Of a stretch of DNA of 64,000 nt, positions 49,540-64,000 are shown one piece after another. The notes under the pieces are model-generated. The model worked only from the letters and a program-made list of their open reading frames with translations. It had not been told where the DNA came from and did not search any database. The translations under genes and the position numbers were made by a program. Source of the stretch: Gonapodya sp. JEL0774. Taxonomy: Eukaryota. Position 1 is the stretch's first letter; the number at the start of each line of letters is the position of its first letter. Location of the stretch: positions 62,001-126,000 of the forward strand of contig JADIIX010000033.1 in assembly GCA_027604505.1 (NCBI GenBank), given 5' to 3'.

Positions 49540-51790
49540 CTACAACTTTCCATACTCAGATTCGTGTTTGACATAAGCACGAGTAATTGCTTTCACGGTG
49601 GTAGTGCCGGCCAACACACATGCCAATCGCAACTCTTCGTTGAGCATTTCCAACATCTTCCTTACGCCTTCTTCACCCTCCCAGGTCAGGGCATACAGAG
49701 AGGGTCGCCCAACGCACACAAAGCTGTATACAAATTCAGTGATTCAAGAAGAACGTTGGCAGGGACGAAAGAATTGCCATACCAACACCCCCACAGAAAA
49801 CACACCTTGCACCCAGAGCAAGTGCTTTGAATACATCTGTACCTTTTCTTACACCACCATCTGTTTTGATTGAGGGAGTTGTGAACTTAGAGCGCAGTCA
49901 GACGATCAACCAGCAAGCACCATGGTCTCACCAAAAATGATCGGAACCCTCCCTTTCACCACACGTGCGATTTCTGGAAGTGCTTCGAGGGTGGCGGGAA
50001 CTGTGTCGAGCTGCCTTCCACCACTGTTACAATGGAGAGAAGAAATTATGATTTGACTCTGGAGCCACGCCACAGGTCGACACAGTCACGTACTGGTTCG
50101 ATACTCCAATTGCATCAACGCCAGCTCTTAAAGTTTGCGTGGTATGTGAACGTCAGTTTCCCAAAACACCCAGGAATATATATAAGGTGTGCTTCCTTAC
50201 TTTATGGCGAGTTCTGCATCTTCTGCAGTGAGAATGCCCTTGACCACCTGGAGCAAGGGTGTATGAGTATTCCAGCCATTCACGATGTACCAAAATGCCC
50301 TTCGTTGATCTCGTTCTCGTACTTCATACCACTCACAATCGGAAGTTTTGTGATAGACCTGAGCCATCCGATGTCGCGGTCCCAGTTCAAGGATGCGTCG
50401 TTGGAGTTGTTCAAACCCACACCACCGGGTTTTCCCATCGTGGACGTGCTGTTAGCGGTGTTTGTGAAATTGGCGTGTGAGAGGTCCGACTTTGTTCGAA
50501 AAATGAATTCCATTTGTCCCGTGGGGATCTTGTCAGTTCCCGCCTCGATAATGAGAGCACAATCAGTAGCCTTACCGGCATGAAAAACGGCGTGCGAATG
50601 TTGTGAAGTCGTCTACCCAGTCTTGGTGTGTCGACGGTCACCACAAGAGCGGAGAATCCCGCCTTCTCCGCGCGCCGCACGAGTTCCTCCGCTTTGGGTC
50701 TGTCCTCGACCTGAACAATGAATGCAGAGAGAGCGACAGAGGGCCGACCGCGAGGTGTCAGGACACGGATCGCATTCCCAACCGGGAGACGGGTTACACA
50801 CCACGTAAAGCTGAAACCAAAGGTTGGGAATTCGCTCCGCCTTGGCAAAAGGGTAATCGGGAAGGCTTCATCGGAGAATTTGTGGACAGGGTGAAGATCC
50901 TGGGGACGACCTGTTGCTGTTGCAATCGAGCATGACTCACCTCCTGACCGCACTCGCAACGTCCTCCAAAGATATCGTAGTAAATGTGGATAGCGTTTGA
51001 AGCCTGCATGAAGACACAAATGATGCCAACAGATGTCAATGATGACCAATACGAATGGCATGTCAGCGTTCTTCTTCATCTCTGGGGACTACACGCAAAA
51101 GCCCCCACAACACCGTTGCAAGCTCTCACTGATTAAGACTCGCCGCTGCCCTTCCCACCGCGGCTTCACCCTGCGGGTCGCACAACTTCATCATTGCTGT
51201 GGGGGAGATGCCGATTGGGGTGGCGAAAGTGTGGCCGAACAGTTTGACCTAACGGACGCCGAATCCAATATTCCATCGGTGAGGGACGTGGAAAACAATT
51301 AAGTGTTCCAAAGTCGTGGGGGATGTCCAATTTTTTAGGTGGACCAGAAACTCACGCTTGTGTCAATCTGGGAGACATCGCGGAGCACGCGGGGGCGAAT
51401 ACGGACGCGGGTGAACACCTCGGAGTTCAGCTTGAGTGTTTCTTCTTCCACTATCGAAGAGAAACCGGGTGGCGTGAGCGCCAATCAGTTGTGAGGACAA
51501 ACTGTATCTCCCAAAGAACGGTGTTGGAAGTCCCTTCCACACCCACTCGCGCCGGAGGAAAAATAGTCCCATGCCGATGTCTTGTTAAGTCTACTCTTCG
51601 CAACGGCTTCGATATCCTTAAGGCATACCGGCGTTGGAAGTTCTGGGACAGCAGGAGTTTCCTTCGGGTTTGGTTCCGATGTCGAGGAGGAAGACGGTGG
51701 TGCGATCGTGGTGGTCCCGGGCGACGGAGATGTCGATGATGATACTGATCCCGATGGGAAGTTGATTTCAATAATGATGGAGGCAACCAT
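49540..51790 (-). CDS. FMN-dependent alpha-hydroxy acid oxidase, copy B
   Basis: [56 protein letters not shown]; ends EYGKL*. Confidence 0.9.
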
Positions 51791-52222
51791 GAGTGAATGA
51801 TGAAGTAGGGGTGGGTGTCCAAATCCCGACATAAAACCGCCGTCTGTTCCAACATTTGCTCCTCATCAGTTATCGTGATATCAACAACTACGTAGATACT
51901 TGATGTGATGACAGATGCACTGAACTACATAACATAAGCCCAGAGGTAACAGGTTTTCTCTTGCTTATTTCCCACCCCGCTGACATGTTCGACATTCATT
52001 TCTCCTTGTTTTCACCAACCACGGTAGTACTTTGCGTGGACTGGGTTACACTTAGGCTGTTGACTGCTACTTTTCAAACACCAATGATATTTGTCTTCTT
52101 CAATCGGTGAGGCAAAACTTTATGTATATACATAGAGATATCACATAAAACACCGCATTGAACGCTCCGTTGAGACACAGAGACGTCTTGACACACATCC
52201 AGAAAAGCACACTGACCACCAT

Positions 52223-53274
52223 TCATCTCACGACAAGAACGGGGCACGTGGAGTGATGCACGCAGTAATCCGAAACACTCCCCAGGAAGGTCCTTGTGTG
52301 TGGGGGAATTAAGGCATGAATAAGCTTATAGAAGAAAGTGAGAGTGCATCAAATTCGATTTCTAACCTTTTCATGGCTCCCAGTCCACGTGAACCCATAA
52401 CGAGTAAGTTGGCATTGTGGTCTTTGCAAATGTCGAGAATAGCATCCCGTGGATCTCCGCCGTCGAGAACAATCATTTCACGTGAGATCTGGGTTTGGTA
52501 GAGTAGAGGAATACGAGATCGGAAACGGAAGCGGCAACGAAATGAACTTTAACGGACACTGGTTAAGGAGTCGACACTTTGCAAAACATACCGTGACTTT
52601 TTCGTCGCCTTCACCTTTGAGTGTTTCGGCGTGAGAGTCAATGATTTTGTTCGCCTCTGTATGTGATGGCGAGTTGATGGCGAGGTTGCAATTGTGGTTT
52701 AGTGTCAGCCAAGATCAGTCGAGGTGTTCTCCAGCAAATGTCGACTCACGGGCAATAATTTTCTTCCCGACGTCCTCTGCACTCTTGTGCATAACATCCA
52801 ATTGCTCGGTTGCGAGTTCCGGGTTCACCACTAATCAGAATACGTTCCCGAGAGCACAAAAGATACATTGGTCAAGTTTCGAGGGGGAAGTCTTAAGATC
52901 TGGGGATGTATGACGCGTACATGGAACAAGGCTCGACGCACTTATGGCTTCCCCCATCATGGCAAGCTGCGACTCTTGAATTTTGGTTACGGTGACCTTT
53001 AAAAACAGTGGTGAAAGAGAAACAGCGTCAGCAACGATGGGCGTCTGCTCTTTATTTTGCGAATGTCGGCACTCACGAGGAAAAGCTTGTCACCTCTGCG
53101 CGGCTGGACGATGTTTTCAAGTGTCCATCTGCAGAGCGAGATGGCAAGAGACCGTCAGCATCAGTTTGAATTTGGGACCGGACAAGACTCCTACGTCAGG
53201 GCAGTTTGAGAATGAACGCTGGCGTCGATTGCTACCACGATGTTGCGAGCTGCAGGCTGCGTTGAGTTGGTCAT
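52223..53274 (-). CDS. Universal stress protein (USP domain)
   Basis: Spliced: RNIVVAIDASVHSQTAL ... GGDPRDAILD...LLVMGSRGLGAMKR / TFLGSVSDYCVHHSTCPVLVVR*. Confidence 0.88.
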
Positions 53275-54009
53275 GATTGAAGTTCTGTTTGTCGGTATGT
53301 GGTGAAGTTCGGCTGGTTCAGCCCTTTTTGATTCCGTCAGTCAGTTGGGTGAGTCATAATGACAAGCAGTTTACCCGTTTTACCCACTTTACCAACAACT
53401 CAGCCGACGTAGCCAACGTCCGTGATAAAGGGCACCAAGTGGAACGCTTCAATAAACATGTACAAATAGGAGATAGCGCGCTTTCAAGAGAATTCGTTAG
53501 ATCCGGAGCTTCCAATGGGGTATCCCCCGACACTCATCAGTCGCTGAGTTCCGCACCAACCAACTGCTCCCGAGTTACGGCAGGAAGCAGTTATTAGCCT
53601 AATTGCAGGTGACGCCGCGCCTAGTAAGCCAACGTATATTTCAATCGATTGGGAGTTCCAATGGCCGAAAAAGGAACAGATAAAACACACGGTCCTCTTC
53701 GTCAGGAACAGGCCCAACGAAAAGCGACTGGAAGAAACCTTGACAGGGTTTCATGGGTCCATGTTCTATAATACCGTAATAGGTTCTGAGGTGGTTTGTG
53801 CACCTAAATTACTGGTAACGTCTCCTTGCCTGGCGCCCGCCTGATTAATTTCACGTATGCACTGGAAAGCGCTTTTACTTGAATGATTTCTACTTTTGAA
53901 TGTAAGTTTGTTTTCAGGTGAGGGGTCAGTGATTGCATAGTTGTATTACCCCTCGCCCACTCAAAGTCCTTTGAATCCTCGTCTTCACCTTCCCAAAAAC
54001 ATCACGAAA

Positions 54010-56862
54010 ATGTCGACCTCCGCAACGCTAAGGAGGCGGTCCGAATTCCAGGCAGTCATAATTGCCGACAATGGCCCCATCCCAGAGTCTCCCGACTCCC
54101 AATCAATCTATCCTTTATGTTCGCTCATTCCACCCCCGTTCCAACACCAATCAACAACACCATCTACTGAGGTTCTCACCCCCACATCGAACTCTGTATC
54201 GGCACCTTTGCCCGTGCAGTCCCGTCAGGGCACTGGAGCCAGTGCCGGACAAGACGTGCATGTACTCTCGGCGAGCCCGTCCACCGCATCATCCGGGACT
54301 GCTGCTCCAGGGACACACGCTGGCTCAGCGCCGCACGGATCGTTTATGAGTCTTGCTGGGACGGCAGGTGCTGCGTCGAGGACGACACCGCCGAAGGCGT
54401 TACTGCCCCTCGCCAATAAACCGATGCTCGCATATGTCCTGGAATGGTTGGAAAACGCAGGAGTTAATGGTACGTTCTCTCTATCCAGAGGGAATGAATC
54501 GTGATTAAGCAAGAAATGGAGGAACTGGGTCGCGGGGTGGCAGGTCGACTCTCTTGGGTATTTCCTCCTGTTTTGGATGACTGACGGAACTGTGTTAAGG
54601 AGAACACGACGGAGTAAATGCAAATGAAATGAAGCAGAGGGTCCAGACACCTCCACCATATCTCGCTTTCAACACATCACCACACCGCGTGCTCCCACAG
54701 AAATATTTCTGGTTAGCCCTCCTTCTGCCGCATCCCACCTTCGGTCCTTCCTCGCCAAACATTATGACAGTACTGCCGCCGCTTCTACGTTACCGGCCAC
54801 AGAAGTCGTGGTGGTTCCGGAAGATGCCAGAAGTGGGGATGCTCTCAGGGCTGTGGCATCAAGAATTACAGTGGGTTTCTGTATTTGCCCGGATGACAAA
54901 CATCAATTGGATTTCTCTAATGACCGTAATATCGGCTTGCTTTGAATCTTTGACAACTTGCTAGACGGACTTCCTTCTCCTCTCGTGCGACTTGTACACA
55001 GAGTGCAATCCTCGACTTCTCCTCGACCTTCACCGCTTGCACCAGCCATCCGTGACATGTCTGTTTTTTGATGGCGCAAAGTCTGAGCAAGGGGGTGCCG
55101 CGACGGAACGAGGTCTGAACAAGGAGAATGGTGTGTGGAGAGTTCTCAGCCGAGTTTAATCTAAGGAAACAACGAGTCCGGCTGACATCTGTCTGTGCCC
55201 ACTTTTAGAATTGACCGAGTATGTCGGTGTGGACGCTGCGTCATCAAGGGTTATGTTCCTCGCCAACGGTCGAGACTTGGACCCTGAAGAAGGCGTCAAA
55301 ATCCGACTAAGTGCGATGCGAAAGTAGGTTTGCTTTATTTTCTTTGATTTACACACGGACCGTTTCCTCCATAATTGGACCTCTCTTGCACATAGATCGA
55401 CTAACCTCCTTATATCGACCCATCTCCGCTCTTCGCATCTGTACATATTCCGCCCATGGGTTCTGGACATGCTCACTGCGCACAAGGAGCTTGAAAGTGT
55501 TGAAGAGGATTTGATCCCGTTGCTGGTAAAATTCCAATACAGAAGTGAAAGATTTTTGAAGAAATGGGATGTCGGAAAATGTAAGCAAGCACTGCAACCA
55601 ACATTGTTGCAATGCTGAGTTTCACATCCCTAACCGCACACTACAGATATCAAGCCCCCCGCCTCTCACCTCCTTGAACCCCGACGCCTCGCCGCCACTG
55701 ATCTCCACTTTTCAATCGACTCTGACAATGCTCCTTGCCACGCGTCGGACGTGGACTTCCGGGACTTTCTTGGAGGTGCCGAGGCGTTGACAGATGCTCT
55801 AGGGGCCACAGGAGGAGACCCAACCTCCGCAGCACCCACGTCCTCGACCCAAAATCAAAACGACGTGGTGAGCGGGTTACCGCGAGATATGTTCCGGAGA
55901 CCGTCGGTTGCGGCCAGCATGGCGCTTGTGAATTTAGAACCATCTTCAAATGTGCTCGCGTCACCTGGAGCGTCAGCACTTGTGCCTACCTCTCCAAACT
56001 TTCCATTAGGCTCGGCTAGTGCTGTGCATGGGCGAAGGCGCACGAGCGAAACTGTTGGAGGGCCCGGAGCTATAAGTGTACTGAGCTCCTCACCTAGCAC
56101 GAATTCTGAGCATCACTCACACCACCACCACCACATTGGCAGAAGGCACCGAAGCAGGAGCGGCGTACAGAGTGGTCACGTGGGGTTTGTAAGCGTAATG
56201 GCGGTCGTGGCAGAGAACCTGGGATCACCTTCGCCACCGCCACCGCAAGTACCAGTTCCCGGCACAGTTGTTCCTCACGTTCCCTACACTCTCCGCGCTT
56301 CGGAACCGTGGTCATACATTGAACTGAACAGGTATCTTGCGAGGCCCGCTCTCGCTTCGGCAGTCCGCGTTCCTGCTTCGGCGGAGGTGCATCCTCGATC
56401 GACAGTGGGACAAGATTCCTTGGTTGGCGAGGGAACTCGTATGGGGGAGAGATGTAGTGTCAAAAAGAGTGTGATTGGGGCACATTGCGTAATTGGCAAG
56501 GGAGTAAAAATCAGTGGAAGTGTCGTAATGGACTACATTGTGATCGATGACAAGTGGGTTTGAATGGCTGGACGGTCCTCATTCTGTTCTCTCCGGTGAC
56601 TCACTCATTGACGGATTTGTTTTCCGTGATACCTCTCACATTTGTTCTCGATATTCAGCGTCAAACTGGACAACTGTGTTGTCGGTTTCCATGCTAAAAT
56701 AGGAAAAGCGTCCATTCTCACCAATTGTGACATTCTGCCTCGAGCCGTAATCAAGGACAGTAGTAAGTTTTTCAAGTTGCATTGTGCATCGGATCAAAAT
56801 ATTGATTTGCTCTTTGTTGTTCAGCTCAATTGAAGGGGGAGAGAGTGGAGTACGAAGAATAG
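54010..56862 (+). CDS. GCD1: Translation initiation factor eIF2B gamma subunit
   Basis: EFQAVIIA, PKALLPLANKPMLAYVLEWLE, DFLLLSCDL, C-terminal left-handed beta-helix (VKKSVIGAHCVIGKGVKISGSVVMD). Confidence 0.88.
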
Positions 56863-57927
56863 AGTTAGATTTACATCGACTCTATTCATTCATGGTCATC
56901 AAAAAATGTGTTGCTTTCATGCCGTTTCGGGACAAATTTTATCCTGTGTCAAACTGACATTCACAATCACTTACTCGAATACCGCAAGAGCTGATCCAAG
57001 CGCCCAGCTGCGATCAGCCAGTACTTTGAAAATCCTTCCAGTAAGCATCCGATTCTTCTCACGATCGCTGTTTTTGGCCTTGACATCGCTTGCTATTGTC
57101 TCACCATGACAGGGTAAACTCCCGCACGGACACGACAAGCCTCCGATTCTCGAACGCCAGGACTCATCTCAACACGTATTCTCTTCTTTAGCGTCTCATT
57201 CAGACCGAGCGCCACCGTCTGAGTACTGTACGTCACCTCGTACGCGGGGCCCGAGCCAAGTTGTCCATTGTTGTCGATTTCGACCCGATTGGGCACCTGT
57301 CAAGTTCAGAAGCGTCGCATGAAAAGGTGAGTCTTGCAGTGGGGTAATTACATTGCGGAGAGCTCGCATTTTTCGCAGTCTGTGTGAATGCCGCAATCTC
57401 AATTGGTATGGCTCGGACAACAGTGTCTGAGCTCTGGCGTCCGTCCGCGAGCGTTCACGTTGACACAGACGCGACTATGTACATCATCGGGCCGGATTTG
57501 TTCTTGAAGCTTGCATCACCATTGCATACCGACTTCCCCACCACGTCACATGTTGCGCCGGCCATCGCCAACAATGCGATTCGGCGTCAACTTCAATGTC
57601 AAGGCCTTGTTGCTCAATTGGCAGCAATCAATTGCGTTTCCAAAAATTCAACAGCGCCATCCATGATGGTGGCAGATGGTTCTGGGGACCATACCGACGG
57701 AGTTCGCGGGGTCACAAGCTGCCACCCTTTACTTCCGCCAACAGCGCGCATACACCATTAGAGAGGAGAATATTACTGGAATACTTTGTCTTTATTGGTC
57801 AATAACTTGCCTCTCTGATTCTCCACGTATCCAACGTTCTTATCCTTCATCCTCCCAACTATAACCAATATCTCTCCCCAGTTCTGCCTTGGGTCTCTTT
57901 CAAATCCCTCAAATCAACTCAGCAACG

Positions 57928-59496
<1,569 letters not shown>

Positions 59497-59932
59497 GAAG
59501 CGGGGAGCAAAGTTTCGAAAGTAATGGGAGCGGAGAGATCCTTGATGAGTGCTGCTATGGCTGTGGGGTTCACGCTCCACTGCCTCACAATGCAAATTTC
59601 AAACCTTTTGCAGGAATGTATCAATGAGACTATAGCTTTATAGTGTCGCACGCCTTCTTTAGTAATCCTGCATAATATATATATATTTTTTTGGCAGTTG
59701 TATTTGGAGCCACAGCGGGTAGATAAAGTAGATCGACTTTTCTCCCATTGCAGCGACGTGATATCCGATTCCTTGGTAATGAGCCTAGCTTCTAGGACGC
59801 GCTCAAGTTCAGTTGTAGCAGTGTCACAAGATTGTGAGTTGGAGGAGGGGGGAGCATGAAACGAGCACGCACGGTGATTCCGAGGAGCGTGCCTAAAAGT
59901 ACCTGGCATGATCATTTGTGCCACTTCGCCAC

Positions 59933-60589
59933 TCAGACCCTGCTCGCCTCGTTCCTCATTGACACCTCCGTGTTCGAGTTCTTCTCGGACGCAACAGCCT
60001 TGCGCGCTTTCTTCGCGGTAGCCCTTCCAATCTTCTTCAACATCTCTTCTGCTTTCCCCTTGATCACATCTCCAGTCGTCCTCGGGGGCCACGCGACCTT
60101 TTTTGCCCTACCCTCTTCCCCTGCCCGTCGCGCTAGTTCCGCATTCGCAGCATCCCACAACCTCTTTCCATAACCGAGTTCCTCTCGAGTCCACTCTTCA
60201 AGCGTCACCTTCACCCCTGCGGGCGCGGACTTCACCACGTAGTCCGCCCACACCCGTTGGGTCTCCCACCGCCCAGAGATCACATCTACAGTCAGTTGGT
60301 GCGTTCTCCGCTCAAAAATCTCCTTGGATTTTCCGTGCACGAACGGGGACTTGAGGATGCGGAAGCGGCGGAGTGTTGGTTGGAGCCATGTCGGGGAGCC
60401 TGTTCTGAGGTTGAGGTGAGCGGCAGCGTGGCGGGCAAAGTGAGCAACCATGAGCAGATGGTCGTGCATCGCGGCAGTGAGGGTGAGGCGGGCGGTGAGG
60501 GTGGGCTCGGGGGGCACGGGGGGATGGCGGGCGCGAGGTATTTCCAGTGGTTCAGGACCTGTTTGTGAGCGAGAGCGAATGGATGGCAT
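59933..60589 (-). CDS. RSM10: Mitochondrial ribosomal protein uS10m
   Basis: RRFRILKSPFVHGKSKEIFERRTHQ, APAGVKV. Confidence 0.85.
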   Translation of the reverse strand: MPSIRSRSQTGPEPLEIPRARHPPVPPEPTLTARLTLTAAMHDHLLMVAHFARHAAAHLNLRTGSPTWLQPTLRRFRILKSPFVHGKSKEIFERRTHQLTVDVISGRWETQRVWADYVVKSAPAGVKVTLEEWTREELGYGKRLWDAANAELARRAGEEGRAKKVAWPPRTTGDVIKGKAEEMLKKIGRATAKKARKAVASEKNSNTEVSMRNEASRV

Positions 60590-60687
60590 GATGTCAGAGC
60601 AACAAACCGTAGGAGCGTAACATCCCGTGTGCGGTAGTCGGTTCTTAGTCTGTGGGCAATGTTTGAGTTGGATGTTCGCCACGATTC

Positions 60688-61391
60688 TTACTGAACCACC
60701 TGGTGCGGAGGCATGAGTCCATTCTCCTCCAATTTCTGTCAACTAAGCTCATTTACGGCTCCACGGGTCGCTTCTCTGAGCGCGCAATCAATTATTCGCA
60801 TATGCAGTGCGTGGACTAACCACTGTCGAACCATGGGGTTCCACCACCTTTCATCCCGTTCCAACATAAGATTCGCGCTGCCCATATAGGGCCAATACCC
60901 ACCCATGTCGAGTGTTTGATGCCCATAATGCCCGGGTACTGGCTCATTTCCAGGAAATGATTTGGTTTTAGCTGGGAGCAATGTCGTGGTTGACAGTAAG
61001 TGGGTGAGAAACACGGGGCAACAACCAGCACATGAGCCAACACATAATCCTTGGGAGTAACTATGCGCGAATACTTACCTGGCCAGTAATATCCACCGTG
61101 CGTTCGGGGGAATGCTGGTGTTGATGAGCTTATCAGAGCAACAGATAGTCATTGTAAACGTTTAGTCAAGCATCCTGTCCCAATCAAGCACCCAAAAAAC
61201 CGCCCGGTGTTTTCGACGCACTGGAAAAGCCTCGCGTGCGGTCGTGTCGCAGAAGGTGCAGAACATTTTGCAGATGCGATGGTGGACTTGATCGCAGACT
61301 TTCCCCCGTTAGAAGATGGCAACGATGGGAGTGGTTGAATAGCGCTGGCGGTACGGGCGATAGACGCAGACGAAGCAATCGCTCGACGCAT
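60688..61391 (-). CDS. Small uncharacterised protein with mitochondrial-type presequence (tentative 4-exon model)
   Basis: MRRAIASSASIARTAS...RLFHSSTPAF after splicing, then GGYYWPVPGHYGHQTLDMGGYWPYMGSANL...WWNPM. Confidence 0.45.
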
Positions 61392-62824
61392 TGAAACTGT
61401 CGGTTGCTCACAGCCTGGGTGAATTGGTGATGTCCCACTGCGGCCCAAGCACCGTGCACATCCGGCCTCAAAAAGGTGCATTTTCTTCCTTCTTCAATTA
61501 TTCGCAATCCAGCTTTTCTGCAATCCTGTCCTCTCCAGTGGGCCGCGATTTCCTCACATTGCTGGAAAGAACAGTGCGGCCGCTAAAGAAGGCGTCTACG
61601 TCTCTTTCCCCGTGGGACTGATGCCGGTTAAAGTTGCCAACAATTTCGATTCACGGACACTACAGGAAGGTGAGTCGACAAGATGATGGCACAATCACCG
61701 GGCTGGTCTCGTCAAGGATTACATTAGTCAACATTGACCGCCGAGCCTTGAGCTGAGAGGCATCGTCAAACGAGCTTTTTAAAACTGAGCATTTGACCAT
61801 CGCCCATGGATTCAATCCACCTGCGAATCGGACGGAGCCATATATGCTAAGAGAAAGCTGACCTTTTTGTGGGGGTTTTCTAGTACACTCCAGTCAGGCT
61901 TCTCCACCGGAATGTGTGGATACATTTGAGGTTCTCGTTGAAATAGAACACAACGAATTCGTTGTCCTTGACCACAAAATCAACTAGACGAAGCGATAGA
62001 ACTCCGAAATGTTTGTGAATCGTTATTTGAATTTGTTGCGAATTACTTACATCTCATGAACGTCCCCGCAGAAAAAGAACTTTCTCTATGCTGCTGTTGG
62101 AGCACTCGATCGCGCTCCAGTCACAATCTCTCCGTATAATGAAAATTGAGACAGTCACGCCTATTCTCACCAAGGTGTGTATCTCGAAGCTTTCCTGGCC
62201 ATTCGCCTGTGTTCCATTGCGACTGCGGCTATGATTAGACTGTATCATGCACCACTCTCAGACTCACCGCTTTGACGGAGTCGATGATGATCATGATCAC
62301 CTTATTAGCTCTATATGATGCCACATGTCGGAATGGCCCGTCGGATGGGATTTGCGACTTCACTTGTTTGTCATTGGTATTGACCAGTTTCTCTCTATCC
62401 TCGCTGCACAGGCCCATTTTCGTTCAGGTTTGGTATATTTATGATAGTTTTGCGTTGTTTATTCGCAGCCGATGAATAGATGAGAGTTGCTGTTTCTTCA
62501 AATGGCATCAAGTCACGTTCTGCAAATCCATAAACGCAAAATTCTATTCTTCACGTCCAGAATAGCGGAAAACAAGGAACGAGAAGGTGGGAAGCTAGCA
62601 TTTGTAACAGTCAAGGGCAGGTTTCGAAATGTGGGCGAAAAGAGAAGAGTGCACTTGCCCACTGAATGACAAGAATCCCTCCTGGATTCTTCCCCACATC
62701 TGCTGTCGCGCAATCTCTCTTCTGCACCGCGAATTCTCCTCGAGTTTCCATCCCCTCTGTACCCCTCTCGGGCTTCTTTCTCTTCCGAAACCTCTCCACA
62801 CCCCGCGAACGCTCCAAAAGCAAA

Positions 62825-64000
62825 ATGCCCCCCAAAACCGCCGTTGCCGACAAACTGCTCCTCGGGCGACCCTCAAATAACCTCAAGATGGGTATTGTGG
62901 GTCTCCCCAACGTGGGCAAGAGCTCCACCTTCAACGTTCTCACGAGCTCTCAAGCATCCGCGGAGAACTTCCCATTCTGTGAGCACCAATGCAAATCTTT
63001 TGACGGCGGTCGATGATCCCACGGGACGATTCATTGCGATGAGACCTTGGGTTTCGTCTGGATTGGAGTTGGTCTCACCTTCATGGTTTCTCTTGGGTTG
63101 TGACACCCCAATCCAGGCACCATCGATCCTCAGGAAGCACGGTGCCCTGTTCCTGACGCTCGTTTCGACTGGCTGTGTGATCACTACAAGCCATCGAGCA
63201 AGGTTCCGGCTTTTTTGACGGTCTTGTAAGTTGAGTGACAGATGGTGGCACATGGAGCAGAGGTGGTGGAACAAGATTGAGGTCGGATATGATGTGGAGT
63301 GTTTTCACGCAATGCGCTCAGTACTAAGCTGCGATCATTGATGGGAATGGCTAATGGGAGTCCGCGCATCACCAGTTGTGTAACTTCTGTGCACCACCGT
63401 TTCCACACATTGTACCACACACACTTCCCTGCAGTGACATTGCCGGTCTCGTGAAGGGCGCCTCGAAAGGTGAAGGTCTCGGGAACGCCTTCTTGTCTCA
63501 CGTCCGCGCTGTCGATGGCATCTTCCACGTCGTGCGGTGTTTCGACGACGAGGAGATCGTGCATGTGGACGGGGAGGTGAACCCGGTTCGTGACTTGGAG
63601 ACCATCTCGGAGGAGTTGAGGATCAAGGACGAGGAGGGGTTGGCGAAGAAGGTAGAAGAGCTTGCGGCGATCGTCAAGCGGCTTGGGAACGGTGGTTCTG
63701 CGGCGGACAAGGCCAAAAAGGAGGAATTTGAGATTTTGAAGAAGGTCCACGCTTGGGTTGCAGAGGAGAAGAAGGAAGTCCGAAAGGGAACGTGGTCCAA
63801 CAAGGAAGTGGAAGTCATCAACACTCTGTTCCTCTTGACCGCCAAACCTGTCGTGTACCTTGCCAACCTCTCTGAAAAGGACTTTTGCCGAAAAAAGAAC
63901 AAGTGGCTCGCAAAAATTAAACAGTGGATCGACACCACCAACCCTGGAGATCTTTTGATCCCTTACTCCGTGAAAGTGGAAACACGTTTGTCCGAGCTCA
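62825..64000 (+). CDS. OLA1: Obg-like ATPase OLA1/YchF (runs off the window end)
   Basis: [71 protein letters not shown]. Confidence 0.97.

Noticed and set aside
56900..57760. Possible small spliced minus-strand gene (VPNRVEIDNNGQLGSGPAYEV...)
   Set aside because: Splice-like signals are present, but there is no recognisable domain or reliable start

Overview
Gene-dense, intron-rich eukaryotic DNA with short GT-AG introns. The gene set (TOK channels, BPL_N-type biotin ligase, amidase, SCaMC carrier) looks fungal, possibly an early-diverging or zoosporic lineage; that placement is inference. About 30 spliced genes can be reconstructed by hand. Most are housekeeping: CLF1, WDR83, ELC1, NMT1, eIF2B-gamma, uS10m, OLA1 and BPL1. 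There are also two alpha-hydroxy-acid oxidase paralogs, two tandem TOK K+ channels, a fasciclin protein, a USP, an enoyl-CoA isomerase and a C2H2 factor. The most unusual elements are: (1) an intron-containing, bacterial-type BioY biotin transporter fused to an N-terminal ubiquitin-like domain; (2) an AUG-less in-frame extension of biotin-protein ligase carrying a perfect PTS2 right after an ACG near-cognate start; (3) a 10-exon stand-alone microbial rhodopsin with a D-S-S helix-C motif, largely invisible in the ORF track; (4) a three-member family of RS-rich proteins with possible LOTUS/winged-helix domains; (5) a Knickkopf-like DM13-DOMON GPI protein; (6) an NMT with a His-rich N-terminus. 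No rRNA, tRNA, CRISPR or intact mobile element was recognised. Exon boundaries were read by eye and need RNA-seq confirmation.
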